A stretch of DNA of 64,000 nucleotides from Phycisphaerales bacterium. Its GTDB lineage: Bacteria > Planctomycetota > Phycisphaerae > UBA1845. A model generated the notes under the pieces. The model saw only the letters and a list, made by a program, of their open reading frames with translations. It was not told where the DNA came from and did no database searches. Made by a program: the position numbers and the translations under genes. Each line of letters begins with the position of its first letter. Positions within the stretch are counted from its first letter, which is position 1. Location of the stretch: contig CP070744.1 of assembly GCA_020348265.1 (NCBI GenBank), positions 5,370,772-5,434,771 of the forward strand. The letters are read 5' to 3'. Shown here piece by piece: positions 28,190-36,175 of this stretch.

Positions 28190-30487
28190 GTGATGCCAAT
28201 CATGCTACGCAATGGAAAAGCAACGGCGCTGACAGTTGCCGGACTCTTCATGGCAGGGTGCGCGCAGTCGGACTATGTCACGTCGCGCAACGATAGAGCG
28301 CGCTGGCACCGGGTCGAGGATAAGGCCATCGCCAACGCCCGTGAGGCCGTGTCGCCGAAGATCCTCCCCGAAACTTACTACGCTGCGGCGCAGCTGTTCG
28401 AAGCACAAGGGCTGCTTGGCAAGGCGATAGTGCAGTACCGCAAGGCGGTTCTGGTGAATCGCGACTACGCGGATGCCTATCACCACCTGGGAATATTACT
28501 GGGTAAGGTCGGAAAGCATGACGAGGCCACAGCGGCGCTTGAACGGGCTGCGGAGCTGAGGCCGGATGATCCCGTCTTGGCCAACAACGTCGGCTTTGAG
28601 CTCATGCTTCAGGAGCGTTGGGCGGATGCAGAGTACGAACTCCAACGGGCTATCCAACTCAGGCCTTATTTCCCCCGCGCTTACGTGAACCTCGGAATAG
28701 TCCTGTGCAAGCTGGACCGCTTTGGCGAAGGGCTTATGAGCTTCCAAGAGGTGTTGCCCGAAGCCGATGCGTACTACAACCTGGGTCTGCTTCTTCGAGG
28801 GCAAAAATGCTACGAAGAGGCTGTGGACGCATTCAAGCATACGCTCTCGCTCGATCGAAACTTCAAGGCGGCATCCGCGCAACTCGAACAGTTGGCACAG
28901 CACCCGGAACCGGTTGCCCCTGAGCAGTTCGCGTTCCGCGATACACATATCCCGAGGGGCCAGGATGGCGCTCGACAGTATAAGCTGATACAGCGTGAAG
29001 GCATACTTGCTGACAGACGGCCTGAGTACCTCTGGCAAGGGCGGACAATCGTTGGGATATCTGAGGCTCTCCGGGGCCGGTCGCAAGCCGACTTGGAGGA
29101 ACCGCGCTCGACCGGGCCCGTCGGACGGCGCAGCCAAGGGGAATCCACGCCCACAATCGGACAAGATCTCAACGAGGGCATGGACGCCGAAACCTGGGCG
29201 ACGACGTTCGACTTTATCGACCTGTTCGATGATCCGGCCTACCTGCCTTGTGAGGATGAAATCCTCGAGGCTCAGATTCTGGCTGACCAGGTAGCCGCTC
29301 AGACGTCCGCTTACGCGATCGACGTCTTTCAAACGGATTTCTTAGCCCGTGACGCTCCGGTCTTCGAGTCTTCATTCGATCTCTTCTCCATCCTTGACGG
29401 ACAACTTTCCCTCTTCGACGAAGATCTCTCTGAGAGGCCGGTTATGAGCGAGACGATCATCGCCGAAGAGCCTGCGGAAGACCTGACCGCCCCTCCCGGA
29501 GTGGAGACCCGATCGCCTGTGGAGACGCAGTCGACGGAAGATGACACGCGACCGGCGGAGAACGAAGCGGATGACAACAAGCCGCGTGTCGACGCGACGC
29601 CTACCGATACGCCTGGGACGGCGGTCGTACAGACCATGGTTTTCGCGGAGCCGGCTGACGATCTAACTGTCCCGCCGGGCGTCGAGATCCGGTTCCCCAC
29701 TGAGCCGGGCGCCCAGCCGCCGCGCACCGAGCCGCTTGTGGCGACGACCACGCCAACTGACGACTCCAGGCGCACAATGTCCGCGAAGATCCACACACCC
29801 TCGGCCAGGCACCGCGCCATTCACCCAGACGTTACCCTCCAGTCGCTCGAACGGGATCTGATGTACATTCGCGAGGAAATCGACTGCTGGGAGGAGACAA
29901 TCGCCGAGCAACATGAAGCGAAACGCGCAAACCAGGCGACTGATATGGGCGATCCTTACTCATTCATCCCCGCAAGCGATCTAGAACCTGATCTCTATCC
30001 CCCTGCGCCGCCGGTCCCGCCGATCCACATAACTGCCGTGCCTGCCCGCGCGAAGGGGACTCGGACTGACAGGCCGACGTCGATTGCCGCGATGGAACCG
30101 CCCGAGGTTCCCGTTGTCGCCGTCAACAAACCCATCGATATGAACGGCGTTATTCCAATCCAGACAGATGCACAGCCTGTCCTCCCCGAAATGACCACGG
30201 TTATGGTGATGAGACCGGTACCACCGTCTAAGATCGAAAGGACGAGACCGTTCCTGGTCAGCGAAACCTGGAAGGAACCCGCACAGGCGCCCGCCAAGAC
30301 CGGCGAGGACTTCGACGTCGCCCAAGAGGTGATAAACGATGTTACCTCGACCTGGGATGAGATCTTCGGCGACGTTCAGGACTTGTTCTCCATCGTTCGC
30401 AACGAGATGGAGTGCTGGGAAGCATACGACGCGGAGCAGGCGATCATGGATGACTCTTCCAAGGACGACGGCTTCGAGCCGTGGTAG
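28190..30487 (+). CDS. TPR-repeat lipoprotein with a long acidic/proline-rich C-terminal region
   Basis: Lipobox FMAGC. TPR units are present (YYAAAQLFEAQGLLGKAIVQYRKAVLVNRDYADAYHHLGILLGK...). The C-terminal half is low-complexity with internal repeats (AEEPAEDLTAPPGVE / FAEPADDLTVPPGVE; CWEETIAEQ / CWEAYDAEQ). Confidence 0.7.
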   Translation: MMPIMLRNGKATALTVAGLFMAGCAQSDYVTSRNDRARWHRVEDKAIANAREAVSPKILPETYYAAAQLFEAQGLLGKAIVQYRKAVLVNRDYADAYHHLGILLGKVGKHDEATAALERAAELRPDDPVLANNVGFELMLQERWADAEYELQRAIQLRPYFPRAYVNLGIVLCKLDRFGEGLMSFQEVLPEADAYYNLGLLLRGQKCYEEAVDAFKHTLSLDRNFKAASAQLEQLAQHPEPVAPEQFAFRDTHIPRGQDGARQYKLIQREGILADRRPEYLWQGRTIVGISEALRGRSQADLEEPRSTGPVGRRSQGESTPTIGQDLNEGMDAETWATTFDFIDLFDDPAYLPCEDEILEAQILADQVAAQTSAYAIDVFQTDFLARDAPVFESSFDLFSILDGQLSLFDEDLSERPVMSETIIAEEPAEDLTAPPGVETRSPVETQSTEDDTRPAENEADDNKPRVDATPTDTPGTAVVQTMVFAEPADDLTVPPGVEIRFPTEPGAQPPRTEPLVATTTPTDDSRRTMSAKIHTPSARHRAIHPDVTLQSLERDLMYIREEIDCWEETIAEQHEAKRANQATDMGDPYSFIPASDLEPDLYPPAPPVPPIHITAVPARAKGTRTDRPTSIAAMEPPEVPVVAVNKPIDMNGVIPIQTDAQPVLPEMTTVMVMRPVPPSKIERTRPFLVSETWKEPAQAPAKTGEDFDVAQEVINDVTSTWDEIFGDVQDLFSIVRNEMECWEAYDAEQAIMDDSSKDDGFEPW

Positions 30488-30555
30488 TGCGTTGATCCGT
30501 CCGGGAATCTGAGACCGGCTCGAACACAAAAGAACACCGGCGATTCGAAACACGA

Positions 30556-30592
30556 ACAGGCGCGTCCAAGCGAGGACGTGCCTGTTTTTCTT
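30556..30592 (+). terminator. Rho-independent terminator after the TPR lipoprotein gene
   Basis: 12-bp stem ACAGGCGCGTCC/GGACGTGCCTGT (one G-U pair) followed by TTTTTCTT. Confidence 0.55.
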
Positions 30593-30662
30593 ATTGGGTT
30601 TGGCTGCGCTTACTTGCTGAACGGTGGCGACGGCGTAAGCTCTGGTTTTCAGAGCGCTCTTC

Positions 30663-31514
30663 ATGACCGAATTATCCGACGGTGTAGCGATGGAGGAATC
30701 GCGCTGCCCGAAGTGCGGGTACGCTCTTGTTGGGCTGCCTGAGTTTCGCTTCCCGGAGTGCGGCACGCCCTTCGACCCGGGCTACGTGCAAGATGTTGCC
30801 GCCCGGACTCATTTGCTTCCTTGGGAGCGGCCCGAATCCGGCCGCAAACTCAAGCGTCTGAGCAGGACAATACTCCACGCATCGCTCCACCCTGGCCGAT
30901 TCTTTTCCACGCTCAGTCAGCGCAAAGACAGGCCAATCGAAAACGCCGGCTCGTTTGTCGTGGCATGTGTCATCGCGTTGATCTGCTTGCATATCACGGC
31001 GTTCCTTCTTGATAAGTTAGTTTTCTTTCTCAGGCTGACTTGGAGACACGGCGATCCACTGCGGGCTTTGAACACGATTGGCAGAACAGCCCGAACGACC
31101 GCTTCGTCGGGTTGGTTCACGCCGACCTTGCAGGTCTTAACGATGCTGCTTTCCATCTTTCTGATCACGGTGTTTCTGGCTCACGTATTTAGGCATCGCT
31201 TGGGCGCACTTCGAGATATGGACTTTGCTGTCATGCTCAGCCCGGCTATCACTTGTGGGGCGTTCATCGCCGCTTTCACTGTAGTCGTCTTGGCGATATC
31301 GCAATACAGCCTCATGGAACTCATCGCGGTGGCGGTTTGCGGTCAGGCGGTGGTGTTGTTGTTGGTGCTTGTCTGGCATTTCTGCCGCAAGCTGCTGGGG
31401 CTTAGTTGGGCAAAGGCCGTGGCGATAGTCATGGTATGTGTCCTCCTGCAGTTTGGCCTTCGATATCTCGCCAACGCCATTCAAACGTTGTTGAGGTTTT
31501 GGAGTCTCCTCTGA
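30663..31514 (+). CDS. Membrane protein with N-terminal zinc ribbon
   Basis: CPKCGYALVGLPEFRFPECG followed by several TM helices. It has the same N-terminal architecture as 45352-46272. Confidence 0.6.
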   Translation: MTELSDGVAMEESRCPKCGYALVGLPEFRFPECGTPFDPGYVQDVAARTHLLPWERPESGRKLKRLSRTILHASLHPGRFFSTLSQRKDRPIENAGSFVVACVIALICLHITAFLLDKLVFFLRLTWRHGDPLRALNTIGRTARTTASSGWFTPTLQVLTMLLSIFLITVFLAHVFRHRLGALRDMDFAVMLSPAITCGAFIAAFTVVVLAISQYSLMELIAVAVCGQAVVLLLVLVWHFCRKLLGLSWAKAVAIVMVCVLLQFGLRYLANAIQTLLRFWSLL

Positions 31515-31622
31515 CTTCTTCTTGCAAGAGCGGTAAGCAGAAGCTAAGCTTTGTCACCTATCACTGCGCCGATGCTTCGGGCTGCAAAGGCGTATTTGGG
31601 CAGGTGAACCCCGCCGGGTCCA

Positions 31623-32870
31623 GTGTCGGAAAGGAACATCGTACTGATGCACATATGGCAGACCAATCCCTTCGAGAACGTCGTGCTGACCCGCGGTGAG
31701 GGGTGCATAGTCTGGGACGACCGGGGCAACTCCTATCTGGACCTCCTCGCCGGATGCTGGTGCACGGTGCTCGGTCACGGGCATCCGCGTCTGCTCGCCG
31801 CTATCGAAGAGCAGGCCGGAAAGCTGATTCACACCGGTCCACCGTTCTTGAGCGATGAAATCCATCGGGCGTCTGCGAAACTCGCCGAAATCCTTCATTC
31901 CAGCCTTGATAGGGCTGTTTTCCTTAACACCGGGAGCGAGGCGGTCGAACTCGCCCTGAAGATGGCCCGGGCGGCCACCGGTGCCGATGCGATCGTTATC
32001 ATCGAACGCAGCTACTATGGGGCTACGACTTACGCGCTGTCGCTCTCAGAAGCCGGTCGTGATGTCACTTGGCTGCCGCGTGTTGGCACTGCGTTCCGCA
32101 TTCCCGCCCCTGATTGTCGGAAGTGCCCGGCTGGTGCCCAATGGCCCTGCGGTGATTTTCCCTGCCTCGACGCGCTGCGCGGACTAGTCCACGAGAAGAG
32201 CAACGAGGTGGCGGCAGTTATCTTCGAGCCGGTCCTGGCGAATGGCGGGGTCATCGTTCCCCCTGTCGGTTATGGCGCGCGCCTGCGCGAGTTGGCTGCA
32301 CAGATGGGCGCCCTTTTCATCGCTGAGGAAGTCACCACGGGGATGGGGCGAACCGGGCGGTGGTTCGGGTTTGAGCATGAAGATATAGTCCCGGACATCC
32401 TCGTCATCGGCAAAGCCGTTGGTGCCGGCTTGCCGGTTGCGGCAGTCGTGACCACGGAAGAGGTCGAGACCCGCTGCGCGGGCAAACTCACCCACGTGCA
32501 ATCGCATCAAAACGACGCGTTCTCCGGGAGCATAGTGGCAACTGTGATTTCGATCCTTCAAGAGGAAGGTCTGGTCGAGCGCGTGGCCGATCTCGGCGAC
32601 TACCTCTTGACGGGACTAAAAGAACTGCAATCGCGCCACCCAAGCATCGTCGACGTCCGCGGCCGAGGACTGATGTTGGGTATCGAGCTGGATCAAGATC
32701 ACTCAAGAAAGGGCGCGGAGGTAGGCCGGCAGTTGCTCGAGGCGGGCTTCATTGTCAACTACCAGCCGCAAAACGCAGCCTTCCGCCTCTTTCCCCCCTA
32801 CGTGATTTCGAAAGAGCAGATCAACGAGTTCCTCGGCGCTTTCGATAACGCGTTGGCGATGGTATCTTAG
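31623..32870 (+). CDS. Class III (acetylornithine/GABA-type) PLP aminotransferase
   Basis: LDLLAGCWCTVLGHGHP, LNTGSEAVE, and EEVTTGMGRTGRWF...DILVIGKAVGAGLP (Lys in the Schiff-base context). The alternative start is ATG 31647. Confidence 0.85.
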   Translation: MSERNIVLMHIWQTNPFENVVLTRGEGCIVWDDRGNSYLDLLAGCWCTVLGHGHPRLLAAIEEQAGKLIHTGPPFLSDEIHRASAKLAEILHSSLDRAVFLNTGSEAVELALKMARAATGADAIVIIERSYYGATTYALSLSEAGRDVTWLPRVGTAFRIPAPDCRKCPAGAQWPCGDFPCLDALRGLVHEKSNEVAAVIFEPVLANGGVIVPPVGYGARLRELAAQMGALFIAEEVTTGMGRTGRWFGFEHEDIVPDILVIGKAVGAGLPVAAVVTTEEVETRCAGKLTHVQSHQNDAFSGSIVATVISILQEEGLVERVADLGDYLLTGLKELQSRHPSIVDVRGRGLMLGIELDQDHSRKGAEVGRQLLEAGFIVNYQPQNAAFRLFPPYVISKEQINEFLGAFDNALAMVS

Positions 32871-32877
32871 TGTAGTC

Positions 32878-33600
32878 ATGGTATTCAAGAATTCTTACGA
32901 AGACGACGCCTACGCGGCTGCTTATGCCAAGCTGGAATTTCCCGGCACGTACTACCTGGCCTTTAGGGACCTACCTGAAATACTGGCCAGCCACGTGGAG
33001 GGAGACCAAGCTCTGGACGTCGGCTGCGGCACGGGGCGTTCCACGCGTCTGCTCTGCAAACTGGGATTCGACGCGGTGGGAGTCGACATCGCCGAAGAGA
33101 TGATCCAAAAGGCCCGGGCGCTGGATCCTTCCGGCAAGTACAGTCTTGTCCCGGATGGCGACCTCTCTCAATTCGCCAATGACACTTTCGATGCGGCCCT
33201 GTCGGCGTTTACTTTCGACAACATCCCCACAGCCGAGAAGAAGATCGCATTACTTAGCGAGCTTGCCAGGTTGCTTAGGAAGAGCGGACGGATTATCAAC
33301 CTCGTCTCCTCGCCGGAGATCTACCTGAACGAATGGGCATCGTTTACCACGAAGGACTTTCCCGAGAACGCCCAGGCACGGTGCGGAGACCGAGTGAAGA
33401 TCATCGTAACCGCCCTTGACGACAAGCGACCCGTTGCCGACATAGTCTGGCCGGACGAGGACTATCGCGAGGTCTACGGTAAATCAGGCCTGGAAGTAGT
33501 CGAGGTATACCGCCCGTTGGGCAGAGCCGACGAGCCCTACTTCTGGGTCAGCGAAACAACAATCCCACCCTGGGTCATCTATGTTTTGAGGAAGATCTGA
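32878..33600 (+). CDS. Class I SAM-dependent methyltransferase
   Basis: Motif I, ALDVGCGTGRSTRLL, plus post-I and motif II spacing. Confidence 0.8.
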   Translation: MVFKNSYEDDAYAAAYAKLEFPGTYYLAFRDLPEILASHVEGDQALDVGCGTGRSTRLLCKLGFDAVGVDIAEEMIQKARALDPSGKYSLVPDGDLSQFANDTFDAALSAFTFDNIPTAEKKIALLSELARLLRKSGRIINLVSSPEIYLNEWASFTTKDFPENAQARCGDRVKIIVTALDDKRPVADIVWPDEDYREVYGKSGLEVVEVYRPLGRADEPYFWVSETTIPPWVIYVLRKI

Positions 33601-33738
33601 GCACACCGCCGACACGCTGCTGTCAGGAAGCGTTCAGGACCATGCTTGTGCGGACGGTTTGGCGGATCTTCGAGGTCTTCGGCCTTCGTCGGCGGGGCTG
33701 TGCGAGGAGCTCCGACCCGCGAGGGGATTCCGCACTGA

Positions 33739-35727
33739 CTACAGCTTGCGTCGGCAGCAATGGGCAAAGAACAGCGCAAGGAGTAGGAAGACGGCGGTAC
33801 CCAGGATCTGGGTGACGGGTTCACCGGCCCAGGTATGGCCAATCTCCAGCGGTAGGGGCGTGCGCTCCCCAGGCGTACTCCCGAGGCTATTCCAAAAGAC
33901 GACCCCCGCGATGACTACACCAAAGAGGCCTTCACCGCCCACCAGGCCCGATCCGAAGAGCACTCCACTCTCTCTGCGCTGGGCTTTGATCTCGTCGGAG
34001 TGGTGACCGCGCTCCATGAACCATCGCAGCAAACCGCCGAGAAAAACTGGGACCATGGTGGTCACCGGCAAGTAGACACCGACGGCAAAGGGCAACGAGG
34101 GGATCCGCACGATCTCAGCCGCTATCGCGATGGCCACGCCGATGCCGACAAGCGTCCAAGGCAGCTTGGCGTCGAGCACGCCGTCGATTACCAGTTTCAT
34201 GAGCGTTGCCTGCGGTGCGGCCAGCTCTTCGGTCCCAAAGCCGTAGGCTTGGTGCAGCAGAAGCAGCGTCAGGCAAACGAACGTAGCACTGGTCAGCACG
34301 CCGATGAGCTCGCCGATCTGTTGTCGCTTCGGCGTCGCCCCGAGGAGAAAACCAGTCTTGAGGTCCTGCGAGGTGTCTCCGGAAATAGACGCTGCGATCG
34401 CCACCACGCACCCCACCGTCAACGCCGCAACCTTGCCAGTCGCGTCCGTCCAACCCATCAGCAGAAACACCGCGGACGTGCCCAACAACGACGCGATTGT
34501 CATCCCGCTTGTGGGATTCGAAGTGACACCCACCAGACCCACGATCCGTGACGCGACGGTGACGAAGAAGAATGCAAATACCACAACCAGCACAGCCGCC
34601 ACCATGCGAACGGTCAAGGTCTCAATCGTCCCGAAAACATGAGGCACCGCCGCCATCAGGAAAACGATCAATAAGACCCCTCCAGCGACGAAGTTTATTG
34701 ACAAGTCGCGTTGTGTCCGCTCCGCCGGGAGGCTGTCCTCGCCGAAACGTCCGGTGAGCTGACGTGCCCCCATGCTGAAGCTCTCGATCATCGTAGGGAT
34801 GCTGCGCAGGAGGGTGAGCAATCCCGCGGTTGCCACCGCGCCGGCGCCGATGTACCGCACGTAGCGGTGCCATAGGTCTCCCGTACTCATTTGGGCGATG
34901 GTGAGAGCGGTCTCGGGGTAGAACGGCTCGGATCGATCTGTGCCCCAGACGGCGATGGCGGGGATGATCACCAAGGACGAAAGCAGTCCCCCTCCGACCA
35001 TGATCGCGCCGATTCTCGGGCCGAGGATGTAACCCACGCCGAACAGCGCCGACGACATCCTCAAGCCCACCTGGCCCTTGGGGAGCCACGGAATGGGAAG
35101 CCACGCGTTGGTCGGGAAAAGCTTGAGCCACCCGAAGATGAACTTGAATAGCATGCCCGCGCCAAGACCTAAGAAGACATTTCTGGCCTTGGACCCGCCG
35201 ACCTCGCTGGCAACCAGAACCTCCGCGCAGGCGGTACCTTCCGGATAGGGCAGCTTGCCGTGCTCGCGGGCGATCAGAAAAGTCCGCAGCGGGACCATGA
35301 AGAGCACGCCCAAGAGTCCGCCGAACATGGCCAGTGAGGTCATCTGCAGCAGCGTGGGGTCAAACCCCCACATGAACAGGGCCGGCAGGGTGAAGATGAC
35401 CCCACTGGCTACCGAGCTGGAAGCCGACCCGATGGTCTGGGACATGTTCGCTTCCAGCAGCGTTCCCCGCACGCCGAAACCCCGCATGGCCCGAAAGGCC
35501 GCCACGGTCATAACCGCCACGGGAATCGACGTGGAGATGGTCAATCCCGCCTGCAGACCCAAATAGGCGTTGGCCGCCCCGAAAACGATGCCGAAGACGA
35601 TCCCGGGTACGACGGCCTTGCCCGTGAATTCAAGCAGGTCGGCACCGGCGGATATGTACGGCTTATAGCTTTGCCCTTCGGGCATAGGCTCGTAGGCTTG
35701 CTGAGAAAGACCTTCTTTGTCGGTCAT
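33739..35727 (-). CDS. OPT-family oligopeptide transporter
   Basis: 662-aa polytopic membrane protein with the typical bacterial OPT N-terminus (LEFTGKAVVPGIVFGIVFGAANAYLGLQAGLT). Confidence 0.9.
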   Translation of the reverse strand: MTDKEGLSQQAYEPMPEGQSYKPYISAGADLLEFTGKAVVPGIVFGIVFGAANAYLGLQAGLTISTSIPVAVMTVAAFRAMRGFGVRGTLLEANMSQTIGSASSSVASGVIFTLPALFMWGFDPTLLQMTSLAMFGGLLGVLFMVPLRTFLIAREHGKLPYPEGTACAEVLVASEVGGSKARNVFLGLGAGMLFKFIFGWLKLFPTNAWLPIPWLPKGQVGLRMSSALFGVGYILGPRIGAIMVGGGLLSSLVIIPAIAVWGTDRSEPFYPETALTIAQMSTGDLWHRYVRYIGAGAVATAGLLTLLRSIPTMIESFSMGARQLTGRFGEDSLPAERTQRDLSINFVAGGVLLIVFLMAAVPHVFGTIETLTVRMVAAVLVVVFAFFFVTVASRIVGLVGVTSNPTSGMTIASLLGTSAVFLLMGWTDATGKVAALTVGCVVAIAASISGDTSQDLKTGFLLGATPKRQQIGELIGVLTSATFVCLTLLLLHQAYGFGTEELAAPQATLMKLVIDGVLDAKLPWTLVGIGVAIAIAAEIVRIPSLPFAVGVYLPVTTMVPVFLGGLLRWFMERGHHSDEIKAQRRESGVLFGSGLVGGEGLFGVVIAGVVFWNSLGSTPGERTPLPLEIGHTWAGEPVTQILGTAVFLLLALFFAHCCRRKL

Positions 35728-35776
35728 ATTGGCTCCCTAGAGCGTTTTCGTCTTCTGTGTAGCGGTTCAGGAGTTT

Positions 35777-35818
35777 GGTGCCATGCCCAAGTCCCGGCGC
35801 GCCGGGACGCCGGCATGC
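35777..35818. repeat. REP-like palindromic element, family A (single unit)
   Basis: GGTGCCATGCCCAAG-TCCCGGCGCGCCGGGA-CGCCGGCATGC. It carries the same 16-bp perfect palindrome and flanks as the element at 7857-7948. Confidence 0.7.
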
Positions 35819-35977
35819 AATCCGGACGCCACACAATATCCGAGTCTGCTACAATGCCGCAGTTCTTCGCACAAGGAGGCATTGTAGTCGCATTCAGCGG
35901 ACAGGGGCAGGGCAGTACTCCTGTTGTGTGTCATCCAATACCGGTTCTAGGCTCAACTTGTCGTTATACAGCCTGCT

Positions 35978-36003
35978 GAGCCGCGGGCTTGAGCCCGCGC
36001 GGT
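35978..36003. repeat. REP-like GC hairpin, family B
   Basis: GAGCCGCGGGCTTGAGCCCGCGCGGT. A near-identical copy lies in reverse orientation at 55680-55705. Confidence 0.55.
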
Positions 36004-36175
36004 CCTACGAATCACAGGCGACGCTGCAGCAGCGAATCGGCATTCTCAAATCGGAATCGGTAGAAGCATTGTCAGCGCGGGGCTTGTAGATTGATGTCCG
36101 CAAGGCCTTCGCCAAGCCCTTCAACAGTCGATCGTGGTTCTTATGGGCTGTGAAATAAGTTCGGATTGTGTCTTG

